From the NCBI GenBank assembly GCA_000091205.1, contig AP006501.2: a stretch of 64,000 nucleotides of DNA; one strand, written 5' to 3'. The position numbers and the translations under genes are program-made. Under the pieces are notes generated by a model that worked only from the letters and a program-made list of their open reading frames with translations, was not told where the DNA came from and searched no databases. The stretch is from Cyanidioschyzon merolae. Lineage: Eukaryota. Numbering within the stretch: position 1 is the first letter of the stretch; each line of letters opens with the position of its first letter. Below are positions 12,043 to 22,953 of the stretch, one piece after another.

Positions 12043-13326
12043 CTATGAAGCCGTTGGGCTCGACACGGGATCTTCGCTGGCGATGTCCTCGGCCTCGTCC
12101 TCGGAGTCTATTTCATCCGTCGCTGGCCAGATGCTCGGAGGCATATGCTTCATCTGGACAGAGGGAGCACCTTCTAGTTGGCGCAATTGTTCGATAACTT
12201 TGCTCTTCACCTTCTCTAGATAATCTCTCGAATTCTGGTTCTCCAGTTCACGCATTGGTTGAATATGGAGAGAATATTCTGGAGCGAAGTATTCCCAGTA
12301 ATCATTGTATGGAATCTGGGCGTCTACCGATATGCCTAGAAGCACCGAGGTCTCAAAGAGCCAGCAGCGGGCAACGTTTCGGATGTTGTAGCCACCACCG
12401 CCGAGGACCAGCATCGGGATTCGGAACGAACGAACAAAAGCCACCGCATTCGCATGTCCCTGTACCGTCAAGTTAAAGCACCCGAGTCGATCATGGGCCA
12501 GAGAATCCGCGCCACACTGCATCACGATTGCACCCGGTTGATATACTTCGATGACCTTGGTTATTATCGGCTCGAAAATGCGACTGAAACCTGCATCATC
12601 CATGCCGTCTTTCAGGGGCACGTTCACCGCGTATCCTTCACCGCGCCCGTAGCCGCGGTCCCATACATCTCCGGTTCCCGGGAAAAAGTTGTCTCCGTAT
12701 TTGTGGAAGGACACCGTGAGCACTCGATCTGTGGTGTAGAAGGCTTCTTCGACACCATCACCATGATGCACATCAATATCGATGTAGAGCACACGCGGGT
12801 AGAGACGCAGCAGTTCGAGAATTGCCAGTACGATATCGTTCACATAGCAGAAACCGCTCGCTTCACTTTTCTTGGCATGATGAAGACCACCTGCCCAGTT
12901 AATCGCAATATCACTGGTACCCGACATGAGTTTTCTGGCACCGTCGATACTACCGCCGGCAGATACGGCGCAAAAGTCCCAAAGACCGTCAAACAGCGGA
13001 CAGTCGCCGTGTTGTCGTCCGACGTTAAACCGCTGTAGCTGGTCCAAAACGTCGTCGGTTATGGTGTCCGGGGTTGTGTTTCGCAGGAACTCTATATAGT
13101 CGTGGGCGTGGAACTTTTCGCACTCCTCAGGGCTCGCTTTACGAGGCTTGTAGACGTCCATATGGCGATAGAGACCGTACGCGAGACATAGGTTGTGCGT
13201 GATGGCCATTCGGTGCGGTTTCATGGGATGATGCTGTCCATAATAGTAGCCCCCAACATCAAAGTCCATAAAATAGGCCACGCGCAAACGGTCGGTGGAA
13301 CCATACAGAGCCTGGCTCGACAGCAT
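12043..13326 (-). CDS. Class I histone deacetylase (RPD3/HDAC1-like), 427 aa, intronless
   Basis: ATG (plus-strand 'cat' at 13324-13326) verified. Classic HDAC catalytic motifs are present: [44 protein letters not shown], and an acidic C-tail. Confidence 0.9.
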   Translation of the reverse strand: MLSSQALYGSTDRLRVAYFMDFDVGGYYYGQHHPMKPHRMAITHNLCLAYGLYRHMDVYKPRKASPEECEKFHAHDYIEFLRNTTPDTITDDVLDQLQRFNVGRQHGDCPLFDGLWDFCAVSAGGSIDGARKLMSGTSDIAINWAGGLHHAKKSEASGFCYVNDIVLAILELLRLYPRVLYIDIDVHHGDGVEEAFYTTDRVLTVSFHKYGDNFFPGTGDVWDRGYGRGEGYAVNVPLKDGMDDAGFSRIFEPIITKVIEVYQPGAIVMQCGADSLAHDRLGCFNLTVQGHANAVAFVRSFRIPMLVLGGGGYNIRNVARCWLFETSVLLGISVDAQIPYNDYWEYFAPEYSLHIQPMRELENQNSRDYLEKVKSKVIEQLRQLEGAPSVQMKHMPPSIWPATDEIDSEDEAEDIASEDPVSSPTAS

Positions 13327-13459
13327 GAGTCCAGTGAAGATCGAGACGTTCGCTAGAGCACCGAAAACAAGCGAGGAACCTGAAGCGTCCGGGTGGCTTT
13401 GTATGCACGGATGCTCGAAGCCTAGCTAGCGCACAACTTGGCTGAGGATGCGCACCCCT

Positions 13460-16005
13460 GGAAACAAACGTCTTTCAAAAGAAAAACGTTGCTGCCAGTG
13501 GTACAGTAGTGGCGGCAACCGCACCCTAGCCAAGAAGTCTCCAACTGATGTGCAGACGCCTTCCAGCTTTTTTCGACTGGCCACCCACTACTGCTTCCAA
13601 CTTTTTCCCATATAATTCCACATTCAGAGATGGTTCCATAAAGTTTTCTCTTGTCAGCTCTGGGGGTCTATTCTCCATCAACGCATATTTCCTTATATTG
13701 CTGGCAGCATTAAAGTCTCGGTTCATAAACTCCATACGTTTCGTGCCGTTGGGAGTTGTACTCACTAATGCAAGTAGTCCACGAACTTTCGCGCTCCTTT
13801 CCATTTGCTCTTCCGTCAGCGTACCGTACTTTCTTATAACCTCAGGACTCCGCTGGCACTTTTCCATCTCGACCCTCTGAAGTGTACACCCTAGCTCATG
13901 GTGTGTATAGGACGTTCGAAACTCATCTACAGGTATCGTGACGATACTCCGTGCACACTCTTTGTACGTTCTTGTCGTTGGAGCTGGCGTAGTTCCTTGC
14001 TTGGGTCTTCCGTCACCCTGCTCCGTACGCTACTACGAGTCTCTGACTTTCATCCTCCTTCAAGGCGCTCAGCAGATTGAAAAAGTTCGCGAATGCACGC
14101 TGCTTCCCACAATACAAATTCATTCGCAGTCGAACCCACCGGGGCTTGGTCTACTCTTTCCACAGCGCATACCAGTGAGCAATACGAAGTTCCATGAATT
14201 TCCGAAGAGCCTGAATGTCCGCTCGTCGGCTCGTCACCTCGCTCATAGCTTCCAGATGCTCTTTCATTCTTTCATTCCATGCAGCAATTTTCTTCCTCGC
14301 ATTCATTATACCGGATTCTCGATAGTATCTCGCTCTCGAGAACCTCAAAAGACGCATGTATTTCTGACGTAAGTTACCATCAGTACCATCTTCCGCACGC
14401 TGGGGTACTGCGATGGTTATGTTATTTGTGTTTCCGGGATCCGCGCTGACGACAAAGTCGTTATCTTGCACCTCCTGCGTCGCAGGATCCGCCTCCTTCT
14501 CATCTTCATGCATCGTCGCGCCTGCATCCTTCGTCTCGGGCGCAGCCGAGGGAGGGACTGGACGATCTGTCTTCAACCGCCGATAGTGTATACACAAGGC
14601 TACTCCATCGGTTTCGATCATCTCAGTGAATACCTTTTGTTTGCTGACTTTGAGACGTTTGAAATCGAAGATATTCTTCCAGTATGTCTGCCGGTTTTCA
14701 CCGGAGAATTCCTTCCTGCTAACATCGAAATCAGGACTGATCTCGCTCGTGATGCTGCAAAGACGCCAGAGTCGATAGTCACAAAATGTGACTTGATATT
14801 GTACATTGGAACCACGTTGAAGCGCTTCCCCATTAGGAACGCCTTCCGTCTCTCCCACTCTTCATTTTTTCCTCATTCAGCCTCATCTCTGCCGTGCGTT
14901 CGAGTTCGCGGTCCAAAAACACGAAATACCTCAAGATGAGGAGGTAGTATCTTTCCTTATCTTTTCCAACTCTGATATCTTGTCTGCTGGATTAACCAGC
15001 CCCAGTACCGCACGGTGCTCTTGTATAACCGCACGGATTACAGAAGCTTCATTCGTGCACTAATTCGACGCCTTCTTGTCAACGAACTCGATCTCATCTT
15101 CATGATGGCGATCGTTCGTGATGCAATTGATAATCGCCCATTTTCCTTCGCGAGACAGACCCGGGTGGAGTGCAACCACGGCGCGTATCATGAAACGTTC
15201 GAAGTTCGCTGTCAAATGGTTCTTCAGATTCGTGAGGTACTTCATGGCCCCGTAGCTGTAAATATCCCAGTCACCCTTGTACCGAGTACCCTCGAAGCTG
15301 TAGAAGGAATGTTTTTCGTGGAGGGCATGCACTAGCACATTTTCCCTCCGCGCTTTCTCTGTACCAAGCATCAGGTGAGGAATAAAGGTCTTGTCGAAGA
15401 ACTCGCCCGGAATCTCGACCTTTTCCATGTGCGTCCCGTCGCGATACATCTCTCTCACCAAATGCATCAGTCCTGACGACGCCTTGACAATATTCTTCGA
15501 GTACGACGCAACACGTTTTTCGATAGCTTCTCGCAACTTTTCCCTGTACGGATCCTTGATCTGTCCAAGAAGAAAGGTTTTCACCACCATCTCGTCGCAC
15601 AGTTGTCTTTCTTGCCGCTTTCGACGTAGGGCCTCCCCCGTTTTTGCGTTTTCTTCTTATCCTGCTCTTCTGGAATCGGCACTGTTTTTTGTTTTTTTTC
15701 TGGCACCCGGCGACACTGGGCCTCCAGGATCGTAGACTTGCTTTTTCATAGCTTTCCTTTTTTAGTTTTTTTTGAGAAAGAACGCTCTTTGAACTCTTCT
15801 GTTATATACTGCGAAAAAAACACTTGATTAGACTTGTTCGAAGTTTGAAACACAATTGAAATGAAAAACTGTACTTGGCTATGAAGTTAACGAAAATACA
15901 ACTTTTACATTAGATCTACATGCTAGAGATCAGGATCACGTTCCCCTTCAACAACGGCATGTGCGTAGCGTCTCATGCCTGCCTGATCTCCGAGGTGCAC
16001 TCACC
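13460..16005. repeat. Left arm of the large inverted repeat (about 2.55 kb); partner at 20268-22870
   Basis: The reverse complement of the left arm aligns with the right arm. The ORF trios 15060-15590 / 14151-14858 / 13526-13867 (-) and 20696-21226 / 21428-22192 / 22476-22658 (+) are near-identical. The inner boundary matches at 'atcgcgctcggtgagtgcacctcggagatcaggcaggcatgaga'. The outer ends are diverged but still alignable to about 13460 and 22870. Confidence 0.85.
13526..15590 (-). CDS. TnpB/Fanzor-like RuvC nuclease (OMEGA-type RNA-guided endonuclease candidate), left copy, in three ORF blocks: 15590-15060 (helical N-terminal part), 14858-14151 (RuvC-I region), 13867-13526 (RuvC-III region). 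The gaps are introns or shared frameshifts.
   Basis: ATG at 15590 verified ([19 protein letters not shown]...). Block 2 carries the RuvC-I-like ...[19 protein letters not shown], with the Asp codon at 14439-14441. Block 3 carries the diagnostic RuvC-III ...[19 protein letters not shown], with the Asp codon at 13715-13717 (D-x-NAA-x-NI as in TnpB, Fanzor and Cas12). Block 2 starts at GTG, so it is not an independent gene. The frame upstream of block 3 stays open ([22 protein letters not shown]...), suggesting a +1 frameshift or intron junction near 14013-14029. Confidence 0.6.
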
Positions 16006-16599
16006 GAGCGCGATGCAAACTAGTCACAAATTATTTATTAAAGAACAACTATCTTAAAAGCCCCATACAGCACGCGCGCCTATGGGGTCTAGTTTTTCCG
16101 AAGAAGCTCTGAAAGTGGGTTAAACCGGGGTGCTTGGGCGACGACGAAGGAAGCCCACGCCAGGGACCATGACCGCAACGAACGGAGGGGCGGAGGCAGT
16201 GGCAGCAGAAAATATTGACGAGAGTTCTGAGTAGTTATCCGCTGCTCCCGAAACAACGCTGCAGGTTCCGGCGCAAATCCTGGATCCATCCTCGAACTCG
16301 GGCTACGTTTTACCTCCCACCTTGAGCACCTACCTCAACTTTGGAAACACTCTCGGCGGATACTTCGGAAGGCGGCTATCGATATGCTCGTGGTCGAAGC
16401 TGGAATAAGCGACTTACCCGCCTATGTGTTTGGGGAACGGATACGTAACCGCTGAACGGGTGCTTTGCAGACTGTTCCCAATGGTTGAGGGTAGCTTCAC
16501 GCGTCCGGCAAGATAAAGTTCGCATTCGAATCGACCTTGACTAATGTACTTCTGATTCTACGCTAGCGCTGCGGCAGACACTCAATGAACGACTGGAAT

Positions 16600-19500
16600 G
16601 CAGGAGGCGCTGGTGGCATGTGCTCTCACACACCTTGTGGAGGGTGCATCTAAATGGACGACGCATCTCTCGAGTACCGCAGCGTTACTCCTATACCCTT
16701 ATGCGCTACGACTCGATAGGTTTCGCATCATGGAATATTTGCGGTGTGGCCTCGATACTAGACGACGAGATATCGAATTACCAGTACAGTAATGAAGAAC
16801 TGATACAAGTCGAGGACTGTACAATAGGAAAAGAGACCCAACCAGACACGGAGAAGGAGACACAGAAACCTCATGATCCACCTAGATGCAAAATAACCAG
16901 AGAAAGTAGCTCAGGAAAGAGCCCGAAGAAGAAAAAGACCAGCAAGAAATAAACAGAAGAATAGAAAAAAGAACTCCCAAATGAGCCCATCACAAGGTAT
17001 CCCCCGAGAGGGCACCCCAGCTGGAACTCAAGAAAGCCGTCGCCAAACCCAGGCACCTACTCACAGCGCTGAAGATCCGAAAAGCCGTGCATACAAATTT
17101 TTTGACCAATTGACACGCGAGTTTGTAGATGGGAATCAGAAGATTGCCAGAGAGCTGGGACTGCTTGCACCAGAACGCAACAGTTGCAAACCTCGGTACC
17201 TGAAACGACGTACCAAAACTCGGATTGATGAATGCTACCGAGTCTATAAGATCGTCAACCGCACCGCCATACACGCCAACGCCGGAGACAAAGAAGCGAA
17301 GGCAGCGCTACCGGCGCTACAGGCGCAACATGAAGAAGCTATCAAAAGAAAGAAGAAACTTTCCAGAGAAGACAAACGAGAGGATCGAAACCGCAGAATC
17401 GCCTCCCTGGCGAAATCTATGCTGGAGAGCACCAACGAAGATGAGATCTGGCGCTACATTCGATCGAGACTCGACCCACCAAAAAAGTGCTTGGGGCTCA
17501 CACCAACTCTGTATAAGGAAGAGCTGAGGACGGAGCGTGCCTCAGTGAATGAGGCCTGGACAGACCACTGGACAGAGCTGCATGAAGAAGCAACTGGACA
17601 CTGCTAAGACCCAATCTATTGGCACCAATATGCTGCAGAACTACCGCGCCTCGACCCGGTACCGGAATGGAACGACCCAATCTTCTGGCCTGAATCTGTC
17701 CGGACTCTGCTATGCTCAAGCAACCGCAAAACACCTGGCTTTGACGGTATCCCTACGGAGTGGATGAAACTGGTGATCCCAAAAGACGGGACAACAGGGA
17801 CACCATCGATACCAGATGAACCTGACAGAATCTTAGGCAAGCGCCTTCTGGAGCTCATCCAACGCATGTTCGAAGAAGCGTACATCCCAGATGTATGGAG
17901 GACTGCCGAGGTCGTATCGATCCTCAAAAAGGACTCCGAACCCCACAGACATGAATATCTACCGGACTATGCGCCTCATCCCGTCAATCATGAAGCTACT
18001 TTGCGCCAACCTCACGAACCGGACTCAGAGGGGCCTTGAGGAACGCAACTTCCTCGCCCCAGAGCAGGCTGGATTCCGGAGCCGCGAGGAGTGCATGAGC
18101 CATGACCTGACCTTCATTGAAGTGGTGCAACGTCGCTCCATTAGCTGCCAACAACCAACTTACGTATGCTTCATCGACTTTCAAAAGGCCTTTGACACGG
18201 TCCCGCACGAGGCTCCATTTCTGAAGATGGAACGTGCCAGAGTCTCCGGAAAGTGCTTAGCGTTCTTCCGTGCGCTCTATGCAGACTCGTGGATGTGCAC
18301 CCGACTGGGCGACTGCTCAAGAACCCCTTCGATAAGAATCCGCCGTGGACTGCGACAGGGCGACCGCGCATCCCCGCGCCTTTTCAACATCTTCATCAAC
18401 GATCTGCTGAACAACTGCAGACAATACGGGCTTCAGGTGTCGTGGATAGACTGTGGAGAACCCGGTGAGGAGCGCCTACATAGAAACCGCCTCGCAGGCC
18501 TTCTACTTGCGGACGATGTCGTGCTGTTGGCACCCGCCCCGGAAACGCTTGCGGCTAGCATGCAACAAGTCAGCGCCTGGGCCGATCGCTGGGTTATGAA
18601 CATAGGAGCATCGAAGTGCGGCGCCATGGTCATCCTTGGAGACTCGCAGCGCATTCGCAATCGCTCGTGGCGGTTGCAGAATCAGGAAATTCCGATCGTG
18701 GAAAAATATCGCTACCTGGGGGTCTGTCTCACGCCGACGCTCGACGAAAAGGCACAAGTCGACGAGATGATCGCCAAGATGCATAGACGTACAGAGATCG
18801 CACGTCCATTCTTATCCGACCCCTCTATCTGCATAGCAATCCGTACGAGGGCACTAAGGATGTGTATCATCCAGCCTTCGACCTGGGGTGCTGAATGGTG
18901 CGGCATGAAGCACACAAATGCCTCGCGTCTGCATACAGCCGCCAACAGGGCAATGCGACTCGTTGGTGTTGGATGCTCAGTGCAGCGCAGAGCGACCAAC
19001 CCGCTGGCACTCGGACTTGAACTCCAAATAGCCTCGATAGAAGCGATAGCAGCAGGCTGCCGGGCATGTATACGGGCCAAAGGGCCCACTATGCGCACCT
19101 CCTTGAGTCGGATTTTCATGCAGACCCCAACGCACCGCTAGAACACTTGGATGAAATCAGCGCAGATTTGGCTGAAGCGCCTCTTACGCGAAAACACGCT
19201 ACCCAATCGTTCCCCAGGAATGTAGAAGACTTCAGACGCCTCAAGCGAACGGTCCAAACAACAATATGGGAAGGTAGACACGGTACCAGTCGCGCTAGTA
19301 ACGCCGGCTTGACTCTATATCGGAACTACAACCTAGCATACACATGCAAGTACTGGTGGGAGGCGCTGGAATTCCCGGGACTTGCTCGCGGTACCCTGTG
19401 GCTTGCCAAAATCCGTGTTAGTGGCATCTGGCTACCAGCACCGGCTCTAAGCCGTACGGGAACACTGGAACCGCACTGGGAGTCACACTGTCCCTGCTAT

Positions 19501-19700
19501 CGAGACGAAATCCCCGAGACGCTGACATATTTAAGCTTACAGTGCCCGCGCTCGAAGCAGGAGCGCAGCGAGCTCCTTGAAGGACAGCAGGAGCTCGGCA
19601 TCACCGTGATAGTCGAAGGCCGGACACTCACTCTGAGTGTAGCACTGGCAACTGATGGTCCGCTAACGGAGCCTCAGCGCTCATGAGTGGCGAAGAAACT
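16600..19700 (+). mobile_element. Degenerate non-LTR (LINE-like) retrotransposon remnant at the centre of the palindrome
   Basis: RT motifs are split across frames. IPDVWRTAEVVSILKKDSEP (in ORF 17764-18039) is followed, after a frameshift, by YRTMRLIPSIMKLL...FIDFQKAFDTVPHE...RGLRQGDRASPRLFNIFINDL...LLADDVVLLA (in ORF 17891-19141). The C-terminal ORF 19066-19686 carries a Cys/His motif, HCPCYRDEIPETLTYLSLQCP. The upstream ORF 16981-17607 is K/R/E-rich. No APE endonuclease domain or poly(A) tail is seen. Confidence 0.7.
17764..19141 (+). pseudogene. Reverse transcriptase (non-LTR type), frameshifted
   Basis: RT domains 0-7 are recognisable but distributed over two overlapping frames, with the frameshift near 17900-18040. 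Confidence 0.7.
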
Positions 19701-20267
19701 CACATGCTACCTTCTAGGCAGCAGGTCCAACGAATCGGATGAGCACACGGGTTTAGTGCTCTTTGTGCCTACCCACTGTGGTGGGTGTCAAGCACAAACC
19801 CGCATTGCCAACCGACAACACATTCAATGCATGATCACGAAGGAAAGAGGCGGCTCGCACGATATATCCTAACAGCCAAGTTTCTCCAGCGTGTCGTGCA
19901 GCGAAGACAAGCCTGCATCCGCAGACTGTCCGAGCACAAACTGACGACGAGACCCGATTCTACTTCGGTTGAACCACGCCTCGAGCCGACGCGCTCTGGG
20001 GTATAGAAAAGCTGCTCTAGCTCGATGAACTATCTGCTCCAGCATTTAAGGTCCAAAGGCGGATACGGAAAGGCAGGTACTAGGCACACACGATAGGACG
20101 TATGAAACGACCAGAGTATCCGAGGTGAAGTATAGGTACTGTAGCTTGGAGGCAGGCTGTTTGATGGATACCTAACCGCGCACTGAAAAAAATAACATAA
20201 AAAAGTAAGAAAAGAAAAAGCGCACAATTGGAAAATGCTGGCACAAGTAAACGTCTTGTCCATGAAA

Positions 20268-22870
20268 AAAAGAATCGCGCTCGGTGAGTGCACCTCGGAG
20301 ATCAGGCAGGCATGAGACAAGACGCGCGTGCCGTTTTTGAAGGGAAACGCGATCCTGATCAGTAGCGTGTTGTTCTGCTGTAAAAGTCGGATTCCCGTTC
20401 AGATCATAGCAAAGTATAGTTTTCATTTCAATTGTGTTTCAAACTTCGAACAAGTCTAATCAAGTGTTTTTTTCGCAGTATATAACAGAAGAGTTCAAAG
20501 AGCGTTCTTTCTCAAAAAAACTAAAAAAGGAAAGCTATGAAAAAGCAAGTCTACGATCCTGGAGGCCCAGTGTCGCCGACTGCCAGAAAAAAAACAAAAA
20601 ACAGTGCCGATTCCAGAAGAGCAGGATAAGAAGAAAACGCAAAAACGGGGGAGGCCCTACGTCGAAAGCGGCAAGAAAGACAACTGTGCGACGAGATGGT
20701 GGTGAAAACCTTTCTTCTTGGACAGATCAAGGATCCGTACAGGGAAAAGTTGCGAGAAGCTATCGAAAAACGTGTTGCGTCGTACTCGAAGAATATTGTC
20801 AAGGCGTCGTCAGGACTGATGCATTTGGTGAGAGAGATGTATCGCGACGGGACGCACATGGAAAAGGTCGAGATTCCGGGCGAGTTCTTCGACAAGACCT
20901 TTATTCCTCACCTGATGCTTGGTACAGAGAAAGCGCGGAGGGAAAATGTGCTAGTGCATGCCCTCCACGAAAAACATTCCTTCTACAGCTTCGAGGGTAC
21001 TCGGTACAAGGGTGACTGGGATATTTACAGCTATGGGGCGATGAAGTACCTCGCGAACCTGAAGAACCATTTGACAGCGAACTTCGAACGTTTCATGATA
21101 CGCACCGTGGTTGCACTCTACCCGGGTCTGTCTCGCGAAGGAAAATGGGCGATTATCAATTGCATCACGAACGATCGCCATCATGAAGATGAGATCGAGT
21201 TCGTTGACAAGAAGGCGTCGAATTAGTGCACGAATGAAGCTTCTGTAATCCGTGCGGTTATACAAGAGCACCGTGCGGTACTGGGGCTGGTTAATCCAGC
21301 AGACAAGATATCAGAGTTGGAAAAGATAAGGAAAGATACTACCTCCTCATCTTGAGGTATTTCGTGTTTTTGGACCGCGAACTCGAACGCACGGCAGAGA
21401 TGAGGCTGAATGAGGAAAAAATGAAGAGTGGGAGAGACGGAAGGCGTTCCTAATGGGGAAGCGCTTCAACGTGGTTCCAATGTACAATATCAAGTCACAT
21501 TTTGTGACTATCGACTCTGGCGTCTTTGCAGCATCACGAGCGAGATCAGTCCTGATTTCGATGTTAGCAGGAAGGAATTCTCCGGTGAAAACCGGCAGAC
21601 ATACTGGAAGAATATCTTCGATTTCAAACGTCTCAAAGTCAGCAAACAAAAGGTATTCACTGAGATGATCGAAACCGATGGAGTAGCCTTGTGTATACAC
21701 TATCGGCGGTTGAAGACAGATCGTCCAGTCCCTCCCTCGGCTGCGCCCGAGACGAAGGATGCAGATGAGCAGAAGGCGGATCCTGAGACGCAGGAGGTGC
21801 AAGATAACGACCTTGTCGTTGGCGCGACGATGCATGAAGATGAGAAGGAGGCGGATCCTGCGACGCAGGAGGTGCAAGATAACGACTTTGTCGTCAGCGC
21901 GGATCCCGGAAACACAAATAACATAACCATCGCAGTACCCCAGCGTGCGGAAGATGGTACTGATGGTAACTTACGTCAGAAATACATGCGTCTTTTGAGG
22001 TTCTCGAGAGCGAGATACTATCGAGAATCCGGTATAATGAATGCGAGGAAGAAAATTGCTGCATGGAATGAAAGAATGAAAGAGCATCTGGAAGCTATGA
22101 GCGAGGTGACGAGCCGACGAGCGGACATTCAGGCTCTTCGGAAATTCATGGAACTTCGTATTGCTCACTGGTATGCGCTGTGGAAAGAGTAGACCAAGCC
22201 CCGGTGGGTTCGACTGCGAATGAATTTGTATTGTGGGAAGCAGCGTGCATTCGCGAACTTTTTCAATCTGCTGAGCGCCTTGAAGGAGGATGAAAGTCAG
22301 AGACTCGTAGTAGCGTACGGAGCAGGGTGACGGAAGACCCAAGCAAGGAACTACGCCAGCTCCAACGACAAGAACGTACAAAGAGTGTGCACGGAGTATC
22401 GTCACGATACCTGTAGATGAGTTTCGAACGTCCTATACACACCATGAGCTAGGGTGTACACTTCAGAGGGTCGAGATGGAAAAGTGCCAGCGGAGTCCTG
22501 AGGTTATAAGAAAGTACGGTACGCTGACGGAAGAGCAAATGGAAAGGAGCGCGAAAGTTCGTGGACTACTTGCATTAGTGAGTACAACTCCCAACGGCAC
22601 GAAACGTATGGAGTTTATGAACCGAGATTTTAATGCCCCTATCAATATAAGGAAATGAGCGGTGCTGGAGGAAAGACCCCCAGAGTAGACAATAGAAAAC
22701 CTTTTTGGACAACCTCTCAAAGTCGAACTATATGAGATAAAGTTGGAACCAGTATTAGGTGGCCGATCCAAAAAGGCTGGAAGGCGTCTGCACATCAGCT
22801 GGAGGCGTTTCGTCTAGGGCGCGTTCGCCGGCACGACTGTACACGGCCGCCGGCTGTGCGTCACGTGGAG
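20268..22870. repeat. Right arm of the large inverted repeat
   Basis: See the left arm. Relative to the left arm, the right arm carries a 57-bp in-frame tandem duplication at about 21761-21900 and indels after the RuvC-III motif. Confidence 0.85.
20696..22658 (+). CDS. TnpB/Fanzor-like RuvC nuclease, right copy, in blocks 20696-21226, 21428-22192 and 22476-22658; the C-terminus is frameshifted relative to the left copy
   Basis: ATG at 20696 verified. Block 1 differs from the left copy at 3 of 176 residues. RuvC-I Asp codon is at 21902-21904 (SADPGNTNN). RuvC-III Asp codon is at 22626-22628 ([11 protein letters not shown]). The ORF stops right after the motif, whereas the left copy continues about 50 aa; the equivalent residues ([12 protein letters not shown]) appear in another frame at about 22770-22810. 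Confidence 0.55.
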
Positions 22871-22953
22871 CCGCGAGCGGCGGGCTTCTACCAAGTGCCG
22901 CTTGTACCAAACGCACTTGCACCTCGTGTGGACACAGACGCATACCTGAGTGC

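Noticed and set aside
12014-13038. Plus-strand ORFs 12014-12223 and 12454-13038 overlapping HDAC
   Set aside because: They are antisense to an unambiguous, fully conserved HDAC reading frame and are shadow ORFs.
20434-21015. 193-aa K/R-rich ORF (20434-21015) as an N-terminal NLS exon of the Fanzor-like gene
   Set aside because: It is in a different frame from the verified ATG (20696) of block 1 and overlaps it. The Lys richness comes from an A-rich promoter-like tract, so it cannot be supported as coding without transcript data. It is noted only as a possibility.
22759-22953. Track start of the eIF4G-like ORF at 22759 (MADPKRLEG...)
   Set aside because: The nucleotides at 22759-22761 are GTG, and the segment reads through the diverged inverted-repeat/Fanzor 3' tail. 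The first ATG is at 22954.
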